The notes beneath the pieces were generated by a model. The model ran no database searches and was not told the origin of the DNA. It was given only the letters and a program-made list of their open reading frames with translations. Positions 52,501 through 64,000 of a DNA stretch of 64,000 nt are shown here, piece after piece. The stretch is from assembly GCA_026770705.1 (NCBI GenBank), contig JANJGN010000004.1, positions 43,958,001-44,022,000 on the forward strand. The letters run 5' to 3'. This stretch comes from Isurus oxyrinchus (taxonomy: Eukaryota). Numbering within the stretch: position 1 is the first letter of the stretch; each line of letters starts with the position of its first letter. The position numbers were made by a program, and so were the translations under genes.

Positions 52501-53228
52501 CACTGCATCTCAGACATATTGAGGTAGCTGCTTCGCCGCTTGTATACCCTGGCAGCAGGATAGTGGCATCTTCTGCGGCCCCTTCCTCCTCGGTCCACCT
52601 GTTGGGCCTACGCCCCTTGTGCTTTGCCTAGCCTCCCAAAGGTGGCTCCCTTGGAGGCTGAATGTGTACTCCTGGCCTCCTCCCCCTCCTAGCCCTCCCT
52701 TCCTCCTCAGAGGAGGTGCCTCCAGTGGAGAGTTCAGCTCCTATTTCCAGGCTAAGGGAAGGCTTCCTGAAACCTGCTGGCCCAGAAAAGATTATTCACT
52801 GCTGAGTGCTGACCTGAAGGTCAAGATTCCAGACGAAGCAGCTGGAATGCGTTTTGAAGTACTGTAGATCACACAGGCAAGTTCCAATAATTTTGAAAAA
52901 TAAATACACTTGCGATCCCAGTGACCCCTCTTATCCCGCCTGTGGATGAGGTTTATGCAAATGTGTCCTACCCACCTGTCCGTTGTGCCCGTGTGCTGAC
53001 CTGAAGATTGCACAGGCACCAAAAAATCGGCATCGATTGGTGAGTCGAGGGCCTTAAGCGGCCCATTAATTAATGGCAGGCGTGCATCGGACATCATTGC
53101 ACGCCCGCCCAACAAAATATCGTGATGGTGCGCAGTGACGTCAGGACGCTCGCCCGACATCACCGCGCTTCATTTTACGCGTGGATGTGCGGGGCTCGCC
53201 CCCAGACACCAACAGGAAAACTCTGCCC
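49560..53228. mobile_element. Near-complete two-gene Harbinger element: spliced Myb/SANT-like gene (+) convergent with a HARBI1-like transposase (-, about 51555-52740)
   Basis: Plus-strand exons cag|EKNTHNAAERVRTGSG and cag|...ORF 50447-50896. Minus-strand transposase RRRLRLSKETV, ALNFYA, GAIDCTH, NRKG, YPGSSND, GDMGY, FRCLDRSGGALQY, CCTLHN, with stops and frameshifts. Right TIR gaaaactctgccc. Left end not resolved. Confidence 0.9.
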
Positions 53229-54193
53229 AATGGGTTGGATGTACAATTTTACAGAGTGGTAGGCTTGTCAAAGGTTCATAGGTTATAATTTGCTTTTTCA
53301 TGGCTCTGTGTTAATGCCACGATCTTCATAAATAGGAAAGGACTTTTTTGACTTAATGTGCAGCTTGTTTGTCATCAAGACTGTGGTAAGCAAGTCAGTG
53401 ATCACCCAGTCAGCCATCCATCGTACCACCAATACTTGGCCCAAAATGGCAAGCCACAGGATGGCTTCTGGGGGATCAAAGGCAGTTCTTTACAGCCATA
53501 TGTCATGATAGCTTTGCAGTAATCCAAGCTGTAACTCGGCACAAGTTTAATGAGGGGGAATCATTATCAGAATAATCACTGTGCACCTCATTAGCATGTT
53601 AAATGGGCCTCTGGTGTCTGTATTGATCTGGTGGCCTTCTGCAATATAGCTCAGCTACAGTTTCAAGCATCATGGTAGTGTGCAGCATGCTGGGCAACTT
53701 TTCTTTAAAAAGAAGAAACAAGGGGAGCAGCTTGAGAAGCTAGAGCATCCTAAAGTTTGTGAAAGAACTTTGTGAATCTCTCATAACAGAGGAGGTAAAG
53801 CAGAGTTATAATTAACTTGGAAATGTGCCCACTGCATTAATGCTGTGTCTTCACCTATAGTGTATTCCTTTTTCATCAGTACGCATGAATCTCCCATTTA
53901 TGATACCTGATGAAACCTCTTCCCAGCCTTTCCCTGCACAAGCAACTTTAAATCAAAATCAAGTTCTCTCCCTTTTCATGAATTGTCATGGATCTTTGTT
54001 TTTAGACCAGTGCTCAGAATGTCACTAAACAAGGGAAGCACAATCTGAATTCTTTCAAGAGCCAGGAGTGGTAAGTATACTACAATCTTTCACTAAAATT
54101 AGTAAGCAGAGGAAAACATGGCTGCTGAGGAGTAAAACTAAATTGAAAAAAACACCAATGAAGTAAAACTATGACAACATATTATGGAACATA

Positions 54194-54480
54194 GAGGAAG
54201 CCTTGTGACACAATGGGTAGCGTTTCTGCCTCTGACCCTGAAGCTCCAGGTTTGAGTCCCGCCCTCAGGACTTGATAGCTAAAGAAGGTGTGTTTATATT
54301 GCAGCCAAACAGATCCTTCCAATGCACGCCAATAGCAGGCGGTAAATGTGGGGGAGATTCCTGGTCAATGTGATGGAAAGGTAGTTGGAGCCTCTACCGT
54401 CACTATATATTGCTCCAGACTAAAACATGCATGCAAAAGTGCATGTTGCCACAGCAGCTCAGACTCCCTGAGTTACCTGT
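54194..54480 (+). mobile_element. tRNA-headed SINE remnant
   Basis: A-box-like tgacacaatgg and B-box ggtttgagtcc. Confidence 0.55.
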
Positions 54481-55539
54481 AACACCTTGCAAGATGCCCA
54501 GGGATATGCTACAAGCTAGAAAACACCACTCTCTGTTTTTGTTCTCAGTGTAATCCATTGGAAAGTATTACCCAATGGGTGAACTGTGTTAATTTTGCAA
54601 ATGCAAGCTCTTGGCTCAGGACTTTGTGTCAATGAATTGCATTTCTGGAATTAAGGTAGAGAGGAGCACAGCATCTTCCTCTCCTTTCCATCTGTAAAAT
54701 CATTAAGCTCTCTGTGTGTGAAATAACAGAAGTATGAAGGTGTCAAGAAATCCTAGGATTCCCATAAAATGGTAATATTCTACCTGCTACAGAAATACAT
54801 ATTACATAAAATGCAGATACAAATTTTGATGGTAAGACGTAAGGCTTTGGCCTATCTTAAAATCAGCAGCATTTTGGTGGGGCCATTAAGTCATGGCTCT
54901 TGTTAATCTTTGCTAAGACTTTGTGGGCTTAAGTAAGGAGGTGGGGGAATCTCTAAATAAAAGGAGGTGAGCTCTGTATCATGCAAACAGAATCCCTACC
55001 TTTCTGGACTTCCCAGCAGCTTCATTTGGAGATTGTTAAGCATGGTGAAGAGTTTTCATGACTGTCAAACATGCAGTTTACCAAAATAGAAAATGTAGAC
55101 TTGAGATGAGCTGAAATAATTTCAGATTCACTGGCATGATTTACAAAGTCATCTAAAGCCATCTGTTGACTTACTGCCTCAACTCACTGTCAACTGTTAT
55201 CCTTCATTCTACATTTTAACTGAAACAGTTTTAACTGAAACAAATATACATCTTGCACTGTGTAAGTTTTGTGAGATTACATAGGAACATATGCCTTCAC
55301 TTTTGCTATCACCTTCATGAGTGATAAGTGTATTACAATCATTGAGCAATAGGTGGCCTGGTTGCCTTAGCGTGTTTAATGAGGAGGCAGTGATCCACAT
55401 TAGTGAGTGCAAGTTGGGAACAGGTTCAACAAACTAGGTTCTGCATTGAATTCCAAATAGTTTTACCTTCTGTATGCAGCATATATCTAAAGTTTACATT
55501 TACAATTTAGAACTGGAGATAATTGAAAGTATCTTCTTC

Positions 55540-55710
55540 AGTTTCCTTCTCAAAGGGAGGTCCTTGGTGATTATTGCCGAACTACAGCAAAATGCTCCAA
55601 TTTTTACTACAGATAGGGCGAGGAGACTGGCTCTGAACTTACCTCAGCCAAAACAGGGACTAACCTGGGCTACAGGTTAGCTGTCTAGCCAACTGAGCTA
55701 ACCAGCCCCC
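55540..55710 (-). mobile_element. tRNA-headed SINE remnant
   Basis: The minus strand begins gggggctggttagctcagttggctagacagct (tRNA-like A box). Confidence 0.5.
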
Positions 55711-56300
55711 TAATTGATAATACAAGTAATTTAAAATAAAAACTAACAGAAATGTGAGTTGGTGGTTTGCATGTGTTTACTGAGATTTGAAAAGTACCGT
55801 GTCTATAGGTGGTAAATCCAGGACATATTATATTAAATGATAAATTCACAAAGTTAGAAAAGTGAAACTGGTCCTGTCAGGAGATGATGGGGCTAATAAC
55901 ATCCCATTATGGCATTTATTTAGTATGTACAATGACTCCTGATCTAGATTGGAGCTTGCCAAATAGGGAGAGAGCAAAAATTGGAACCTTTTCAATGAAA
56001 CAAAGGTTGAGGTTATGTGTTTCTGGCATGTTCATTAAAGGAGGAGGAGGGAGGAGGTAGTCATCAAACTACCAAAGATCCACTCCTCTGACCTTGTGAA
56101 ATTTAGGTGTAACTGTAAGGACAGTGCAGATTTTAAGGGTCAAAGAGCTGTTTATTTGAGGGGGAATAAACACTTATTAATGAATAAAGATTTAACTATT
56201 TACTAGTGAGTTAGGAAAATACTGAAGGTAAATTTTGATTGCCTCCAAAAACAGACACGGCTATCGAGATGCGTGACTAACCTGCAATTTCTGTGCTCTT

Positions 56301-59300
56301 GGGCGGAATTGTCCCTGATTTGCACTAAGAGTGGTTGCGGGTGAGTAAAATGACGTTTTAACTGCCAGCCACGATGGTGGGTTTTCACGCCATATCATCC
56401 CAAACCCGCCACATTATTTATGCATTCCCGGGAAACAGGCTGTTTCCATAGCAGGTGGGCTCTCATTTGGCCACCCACTTCATCACTCCGGGCGCCATAT
56501 TTAAAGACAAGCCATGCACACACATCTCAGAGCTTCCAGGCCATGATGATTGGCAAAAAGATGCAGCCCCCAGGTTTAGTGATGTGTCACTGGAATGCCT
56601 TTTGGCCCGCCGCAATGTCCTCTACCCAGTTCTGGCTGTAGGATGGACAGCAGCATTGCCAACCAGGCTCGGGAGGTGGTGGCAGCAGTGGTCAGTGCCA
56701 ATGCCCTGCAAAAGAGGACAGCCACCTAGTGCCGCTACAGGATGAATGGTCTCACTCTTCTCATCACTCTCAGCTCACACACTCACAAACCTATCACACA
56801 ACCACAGGGATCTCACACCTCAAGGGACAACGCCACTAACTCTCACACACACCCTCACATCTCCATCAGGCTCATATCCTCTAGAGTTCACATCCTCATC
56901 CTGTCCATGGCTCCACACACCACATAAACATTCCATGCAGTGTCATGTGTCCTGTTCACACTCTCTACATCTGTTTTGATGCAGGAGAAGCTGACTCACA
57001 TCAGCAGGGAGAGGTCTCAGATCAGGGGACGAGTGGCCCACATTAGGCCCCTCACTCACTTTGAGGACTGTGGCCATCGCGCTGAACAGTGAGGGTGTTG
57101 ACCGTGCCTGTGGTGAAGGTGAAGTCGGCGACAAACACCCACCAAAGGATTCTGCATCACATCATCCCTTCCTCAATGCAACTGTGAGTGCTCTCTCTCT
57201 CTCCTGCTTTTGACTCTGTTGCCATGCACTACTTAGCTCTACTTTGGTTCACAGGGAGCTCTGTAAAGGGACAAACACCCTTAGCCAGCCAGTCCCTCAG
57301 ATCCAGCCACACCTCATCTGCAGCCAAGAGGGCTCCTCCTCCAGTGAAGAGATGGAAATAAGCAGCCCAGAAGAGGGGGTGGGTGTCCAGGGGGAGGAAG
57401 GGGTGCAGAGAGGGGAGGGAGTAAGGGCTGAGGAAGAAGTAAGACTGGAGGAAACTGTCAGGAAGGGGCTAGGAGTAAGGCTGGAGGAAGAAGTGAAGCT
57501 GGAAGAAGAAGTGAGGCTGGAGAAAGAGGTAAGGCTGGAGGAAAAGGTCTGGGTGGGGGGATTAAGGGTAGCGAAAGAGGTAAGGGTGGAGTAAGGAGTC
57601 AGGAAGGGGGATGGACTAAGCTGGGGGGAGTCTGGCAGGGGAAGGGAAGGACTGCGGGGGGTGGGGGGTGCGGAAGGTGTTCCAGGGATGGGGAAGGAGT
57701 ACTGGGGAGAAGGGTTCCGGGGGGAAGGGGTGCTGAGGGGAGAAGGGGGGATGTGTAGGTGAACATGCACGGGAGGTGTCGGATGGGTCTATGTCTGCCT
57801 CCTAAGGAGTGAACTGAGGGCAGGCGTGGTATGGAGGAAGGGTGAGAATGACCAAGGGGAGAATGAGGCGGTACGGTGGGAAGGTGAGGGTTCGACTATA
57901 ATGATAGAAGGGATGGTGAGGATGGTGGTGTGGACCCAGAGTCAGACACGGACCCTGGTGATGGGAAGGAGGAGATCAGGGATGTTAATGTGGATGGGGA
58001 TGGGATTTTTGGGAAGGACGGGAATGTGCACGTTCACCTGGACATCCCCGAAAGGAAAGGTTTATGGCTGGTAGCTAATAGAGGGGAGGTGGAAGATGAT
58101 GCTGGGGGAGGGGTTGGGGGGGAAGTCAACTGTGATGGGGGAAAGGAAATGGGTGACTGGGGGAGAGGCAAAGATGGGGGAGTACACAATGCAATGAAAC
58201 CAGACCATGCTGGCTAAATCGAAAGTGAAATGAGAGTCATGGTGGGAAAGCTCAGGCGCTGCATGGGGCTGTGATCATTGGGTGGGTAAAGATGCAGGTC
58301 AGCTCAGATGGACAACTGAAAGCGAACCCCAGCAGGCAGCATTCAAAATGCTCAGGAGATGTGTGTGAAACGTGAAGGAACTGCATGTGTGGGAAAATGT
58401 TGCACGAGGCACCAAAAGGCCCTGCCGCACACACACTTTGCCCTCCAGAATCACTCGTGCCGGCTGCTCCCACTGTGGTGACAGGTCTTCCAGGGTACTT
58501 ATTTTCACTTCTTCACTGGAGGAGGAGTCCTCCCCTCCCCTCTCCACACTCCCACCTCCCCCTGGATACCCTCCCCTCTCTGCACTCCTCCCATAGCACC
58601 TTCCACCGCCCTTACACCAACCTCCCCCGATGTAATCTTCTCCCCCGTTAACATCTTCTCCCCCTGTTCTCCCTAACTCCTTCTCCCAACCTCCCCCCCG
58701 ACACATTCATTCCCTCCTCCCAACCTCACCACATCCTGACACCTTCATTCCCCCCTCCCAACTTCACCCCATTCTGACATATGCATTCCCCCCATTTCTC
58801 AACCTCACCCCCGACACCTCTTCCTCTCCTAGCCAATCCTAGCCCTTCCTCTCCCCAACCCCTTGACCATCACCCACTGTGAGCATCAACGGTGACTTTC
58901 CACCTTCCATGAACTGCTTCGCAGCAGAGCCAAATCCATGGGAATCCACCCAGCATGCCATGGATGTTCCTCCAGTGTGCCGTTGGTGTCAGGCTCCAGC
59001 AACTCCTGCTCCTCAGGTGCCTGCAATGTGGGCAAAGCTCTGGCAGGAAAGTCTTGAATTCTGCATGTCACAGTTGTTAAGACATGTTCTACACCAGTGT
59101 GCTCTCCTGCCGATGATCCAGCCCAGGGTGGCGGGGGGGAGGGGGGGGGGGGGGGTGGCGGGTGGTGGGGGGTGTTGTGTGGGCAGGCCTAATAATGATA
59201 TGCTGATATATTACAATGAGGTTCCCAATGTCTGATGGCGGAGGGCATGACTCACAATTGGCGGGCTGAGCAGACAATCGCAAACTGGTTTTACGCTGTC

Positions 59301-59350
59301 GTGGAACTGATCAGGCCACATTGTCTGCTCACACCACCAAACTCGCCTGA
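56301..59350 (+). mobile_element. Harbinger family B element with three Myb-like exons and an internal purine/pyrimidine repeat block
   Basis: Left TIR gggcggaattgtccc. KDAAPRFSDVSLECLL, cag|EKLTHISRERSQI, cag|GAL. The right subterminal region 59180-59345 matches 42585-42740. Confidence 0.75.
57375..57760 (+). repeat. 18-bp purine-rich tandem repeat (gaggaagaagtaaggctg) grading into G-rich sequence
   Basis: The repeating unit gives the EEEVRL repeats in ORF 57244-57594. Confidence 0.8.
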
Positions 59351-59359
59351 CACCTTGTT

Positions 59360-61520
59360 GCTGGAGACTTAACATCTTGCAGCACTAGGTGTCATGCCCT
59401 GCCAGTGGCCATCAAAGCCACTTTGGCCTTGAACTTCATCATTTCTGGCTGCTTCCAAGGATCAGCTGCAAACTTTAGTGGCATCTCATAAACAGCTGCT
59501 CATTACTGGATCTTGCTGCTCACTGATACTCTCTTTGCCAGAGCTAGATAGCACATTCATTTAATAACAAAGGGCATTGGGCTCTGTCACTATCTCTGGA
59601 GTCCATCAGGCATCACATTGCACTCATGCAGCCATCAAAACACCAAGTGACTGGCTAGTGAGACCCATCAACAGGAAGGGCTTCAACTCCCTCAGCATCC
59701 ACCTGATCTGAGACCACGACAAGAGCTTCCTCCTGGCAGCTTCTATAACTCTTTTATCGTCCATCAATCCAGGCTGCCTCAGATCTTCACTTCAACCCAA
59801 AAGTATGTGGATGGATCCTTGGCAACAAGGGGGATCCCTTGAAGAGATGACTACTTACCCCACTATGGGAGCCCCAGGCTGAGGCACAGAGGTGATACAA
59901 TCAATGCTACCTGCTCAGTAGGACAACCATTGTTCAGGCCGTCAGGTTTCTGAAGAGTTCCAGTGTTATGATCCCGAGCTGAGATTAACTCTAGACAAAC
60001 CTGATCCCAGGGTGGAACCCAGCTTGGTAGATCCCAACTTTTATTTATTTGTTTAGATACATGGAGAGTAGCTATTGAACAGAGTCACCAGGATCAGTTA
60101 ATGAACTTTTAACAGAAAAATAAAACATTTATTAGACAAGATAACTATATAACATTACTCCTTCATCCACAACTCTACCTTTACAGATATATACAGATGT
60201 GTAAGGTTAACACAAGTTATAAAAGCTATCTTATACTCTAATGTTTACAGTAAGTATACAGTCCATGTAAACCTATGGCACCCTGTGGTCAGACGTACCA
60301 TACTCTGAAACCTAGTGACAAGTGCCACCTCAACCAGATGCTATGGCTCTCTCCTCAACTCCCCCCAGACACTTGTCACACCATGAGCCAATCAGTCTCA
60401 CTGCACTCCGTCTTTCACATGAGGGTTTCCAATCTCCACTCTCCAAGAACTCCCTTGGAATCTTCTCTCAGACCAACGCTTTCTCTCGGGTGCCTTTGGC
60501 AAGGGTTCACCTCCAGGGTTTTGAACTCTTCTTCCAATATTACTCTCCTGAGTCACCATGTGCATTCAAGCTTTCTTCCATGCACTCTCTCTCACCAACT
60601 CAGCTGCCAACAGTACACCACTGCTTCACATGTGCATAGCAAAGAGCTACAGACCTTCAACCATCTCTTTGGACCTTCTTGCCTCTTGCAAGCTGCTCTT
60701 GCTTTCTGCAGCTTTTTTCTCGTTAAATCTGAAGCTTGAAGCCATGTTCTTTGCCCCTCACTCTTACCTTCATTTAACAGGACCTTTTTCAGGTTCCTGT
60801 ACTTCCTTTGACTAGAAGATCTGCTTGGGACTTTCTCCCGTTGCACTCCCCTGGACTCTTGGGGACTTTCTTCTTTAGCTTGGGACTGGTTATCTGTCCC
60901 TTTTGCTTCAGTCTCTTTCTGGCAGCTACTTTCAACTAACTTTAGCTTAGAAATGGCTATCTGCCCCTTCCAGACTGCTTCTGCCTGGCAGCTGTCTTCA
61001 AAACTGAACTCAAAGCTGCTTTTATAGTTCCTTCTGTCTGTCTGTGGGAGGGACCTGCCTCTCTGGACTCTTGTTGCTAGGCAACACTTTTTTTCTACTC
61101 TTGTTTGTTTAACTTAGCTGCAAGTCATAAAACTCTCATTGGAAAAGCAAGCACTTTTTAAAGTGAAACTAAACCTCAATTTGTCCTTTCTTAACACACA
61201 GATACAGAAATACAAATCAAACTTAAACTTTAAAGCTAAAACTCATTCCTAACACCCAAAAATACAAATATAACTAACTTAAAACTGTCTCTATTTCCTA
61301 ATACCAGTGCTTGGACCAGCTGGGTGGTGCCCTGAGATACACCCCTGCAAGGGTCTTGGTCATTGTAGTGGTCGACTGCGCTCTCTGTCAAATTGCCCTC
61401 CAGAGAGGTGTGGACTTTGAGGATAGTGAGGCCCTGGGAGGAGACAGCTCATCTGGGGGAGGAGCAGGAGGTAGGAGACGAGATGGAAGAGGGGGCAGAG
61501 TGAGATGATGCTAAACAGAA
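59360..61520 (+). mobile_element. Decayed Harbinger transposase split by a solo LTR
   Basis: ALNFIISGCFQ, NRKGFNSL, WILGNKG. FQ|CLDQLGGALRYTPARV rejoins across the LTR. Confidence 0.85.
59964..61303 (-). mobile_element. Solo LTR (family A)
   Basis: Reverse complement of 59-1405. Perfect 4-bp TSD CCAG (59960-59963 and 61304-61307). Confidence 0.92.
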
Positions 61521-61972
61521 AGATACTCCTGCAGCATGGTCTTCTCCTGCCACTGTCTGGGAAGGGGACTTCCCTCCTCTCCACTATGGCCTCCAGCATT
61601 AGATCCAGGTCAGCATCGATGAAGACAGGGATAGCCCTGCCCCAGGTGCCAGGCCTCTCGCTCGCCTTTGTCATCTTGCTTCACCCTGGTGTTGTGGAGT
61701 CTTTAGCACATTCAGCAGGTCTCTCCCTCAGACCAACCAGCAGCCTTGGTAATGACTGCCATGGGGGTGTTTAAATCTGTTCCACACTTCATCTGATCCA
61801 TCTCCCATCCCATCCTCACTGGTTCAGAGTGGACAGAAAACCTAATTCCATATCAATGAAATGCTCATCCCAATGAAAAGCAGAATTTAAATCAGTTTCC
61901 CACCGGAGATAGGTTTCTGCATTGAAAATAAACCCTGTTCCTACCCCATCTCCATGGCAAAAATCCAGCCCA
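61500..61972 (-). mobile_element. Myb/SANT-like exon and terminus of a Harbinger element
   Basis: PVFIDADLDLMLEAIVERREVPFPDSGRR. TIR-like aaaatccagccc at about 61960-61971. Confidence 0.65.
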
Positions 61973-61979
61973 AAGTGTG

Positions 61980-62420
61980 TGCAGTCAGTGGCTTCCTCCA
62001 CCAGGGGAAAGCCTGCAACCAGTGCAAATCCTCATGCTCCGTCAGCCTGCTTGTCTCTGGCAAGAGGGATGAGATGAAGCTGTTTTTCTTTGTGAAAAGA
62101 CTCTTATGCAGCAGTGCACTGCAAGCTGTGAGATGTTTTGTCTATTTCCAGCTGCAGCATCAAAGGAGCCAAATTTGTAAAAGTTAAGAAGCACAGTTAC
62201 ATTGATAGCCACCGGAAATGCTGTCCTTGCCCTGCTTCGGCTTTACATTTGGGGCTCCAGTTGTTGGCAAAATTCACTCACGACCTCTTTAGTGAAGTCA
62301 AGGCGTCTAAATCACCGGTTGTTGCTAAAGATAAAGAGAATTGCTCCCTAAAGACCTTCTACAGATATGGCCTCCTGCTGAGATCCCTTCTTCCTTTTCT
62401 CTTGCCTCTATAACAGTTTG
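61980..62420 (-). mobile_element. Harbinger transposase N-terminal fragment
   Basis: LSRRPY, FTKEVV, FPVAINVTVLLNFYKFGSF, ISQLAVHCCIR. Confidence 0.75.
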
Positions 62421-63399
62421 TCCTGCTCTGTGTGGATTCCCTTCATACTTCCAGTTGCTAAATTCCAAGAGATAGGCTTACCAGCCATTCGTGTCTGGAA
62501 GCAACACATTTCAGCAGAAGCTTTTAAATGAAGAGAAAAGTACTTCAGCACCAGCCTGTCCACTCATTATAGGCTGATCAAACTTTAAGCCAACTATAAG
62601 AAAGCTCCAAAAATTAGTACTATTGTACCAGCAATCAAAATAAATCATCCATCAACTCGTGTAATTGTACTTGATCCCGTAAATTGCACTGGTATGGGGA
62701 TCCTTCATTTCATTTAACGTTGAGTTCAGCATTATGTGTTTATGGCAGGTTGCTGGCTGGAATATGTTGTAAAAGCCTTTAAGGGATAGCGGCAAGACAT
62801 CACAAGAAGGAAAATGTGTCCAGTCTCAGTTTCACTTTTGCTTAGAGCAGAGCACACACACAGCTATGATGCTTTCAAGCTTTATACCTATGTATAACTG
62901 TTCTCATGTGCCTAGTCCTAATAAATGAACCCACAATGTATTTACCCAATCCATTATGAGCGATTGGTGCCTTGTGCCTTGTACAGTAAATAAGCCCGAA
63001 GTATTATTTCATGATAATAACATGACATGTTGCTTAGTGGTGATAAGACAGGTGGCAGCAAGATTGAGTACAGGTACAACATGGTGAACAGCCTTGGGTC
63101 ATGCCACGTGGCATAAGAAGACCCTTGACGCTTTGGTCAGATTTCAATGAAGTCACAGCATCAGAGTGTGTTAAAAACACAGCGTGGTGGCTGTGAAGGC
63201 AAGTTTTGAAGACACAGCACCAAGCTAGTGCTCAAATAAAGAGCTGGCCAGCCCTTGGTGAGATTGCAGCACATGGTCTGTCAGTTCCATGAGTGGAACA
63301 GTGCATCGAGAGGACCAGCAGTGAGTTAGCTCAGCCAGGAAAGGCAAGTGGCCAGGGTGTGGGCTGGATCGGTAGTAAGCGAGGGAGAGTCAAAAAAAA

Positions 63400-64000
63400 C
63401 AACTCAAAAATCAGGCCAGAGAAGGCTGTGATTATGATGGGTGGCTTCAGGAGTTGCTGAACAATCAATTGAATAAAAAACAAAGGTGCTATTACTCCAT
63501 GGAGCATTCTTCATGGGCGGAGCTTTGGAAAAGTGCGCAAAAGGTTTGTGGTAGATATCAAGCACAAACCACTGGAGATGATTTGGCAAAAACCATTGAT
63601 CGGTGCACCGCCAAGATTGTAACGTCTCTTGATAAATTCAGGGTTATGACTGTGAGATTAGGTACAAGCCAGGTAACTTGATGGTCACATCGGATACATG
63701 TAGCAGGTTGCCTAACCCGGCGATAACAGAAGATATATCCTTGGATCTACAAGTTGACTTAATTGACATCAAACTTGAAGATGTTCTCCAGATTGATCTG
63801 GTACATTTTGTGCAGCACAAATGCCAACAGCTGCAAGAAGACAGTGAAATATTTTGCACTACAGAAAATGTGGAAAACCATCATCGATGGATGGCCTGAT
63901 TCAATTTAGCATATTCACGAATACATGAGACCATTTTGGCTTTACTGGGAACTAGGCATCTCTCGGTAAGTCGGCAGGTCATCATACTGGAATCTTTGTG
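63400..64000 (+). mobile_element. Gypsy pol fragment (RNase H to integrase linker)
   Basis: HKPLEMIWQKPLIGAPPRL, QGYDCEIRYKPGNLMVTSDTCSRLPNP. Confidence 0.8.

Noticed and set aside
51555-52740. Domesticated HARBI1 gene
   Set aside because: In-frame stops and frameshifts, a flanking TIR, and several paralogous decayed copies in the window.
57244-57770. ORFs with EEEVRL or Ser/Pro-rich repeats
   Set aside because: By-products of an 18-bp tandem repeat inside a transposon.
20800-64000. ADAMTS19 exons expected upstream of MINAR2 by mammalian synteny
   Set aside because: No thrombospondin/PLAC-like coding segment was recognised. Candidates at about 36905-36990 and 45750-45880 lack convincing homology.

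Overview
Eukaryotic, repeat-saturated vertebrate DNA. The repeat mix (CR1/L2 LINEs, Deu-type SINEs, Penelope-like elements, many PIF/Harbinger DNA transposons, Gypsy LTR elements) suggests a cartilaginous fish (inference). One host gene is supported: a three-coding-exon MINAR2 (KIAA1024L) orthologue on the minus strand (20669-20508, 20096-19848, 12631-12446; 198 aa). Almost everything else is decayed, often nested, mobile DNA. The most unusual signals are: (1) Gypsy LTRs whose U5 ends carry tandem arrays of [primer-binding-site-like sequence + LTR terminus], seen in three LTRs; (2) a CENP-F-like coiled-coil reading frame apparently embedded in the 3' end of a Gypsy element; (3) a CR1-type LINE with a tRNA-like Pol III head and no ORF1; (4) a Harbinger system with a two-gene element, Myb-only derivatives and MITEs sharing its ends; (5) a degenerate hammerhead ribozyme in a Penelope tail. 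All family assignments come from motif recognition by eye. No database search was run.
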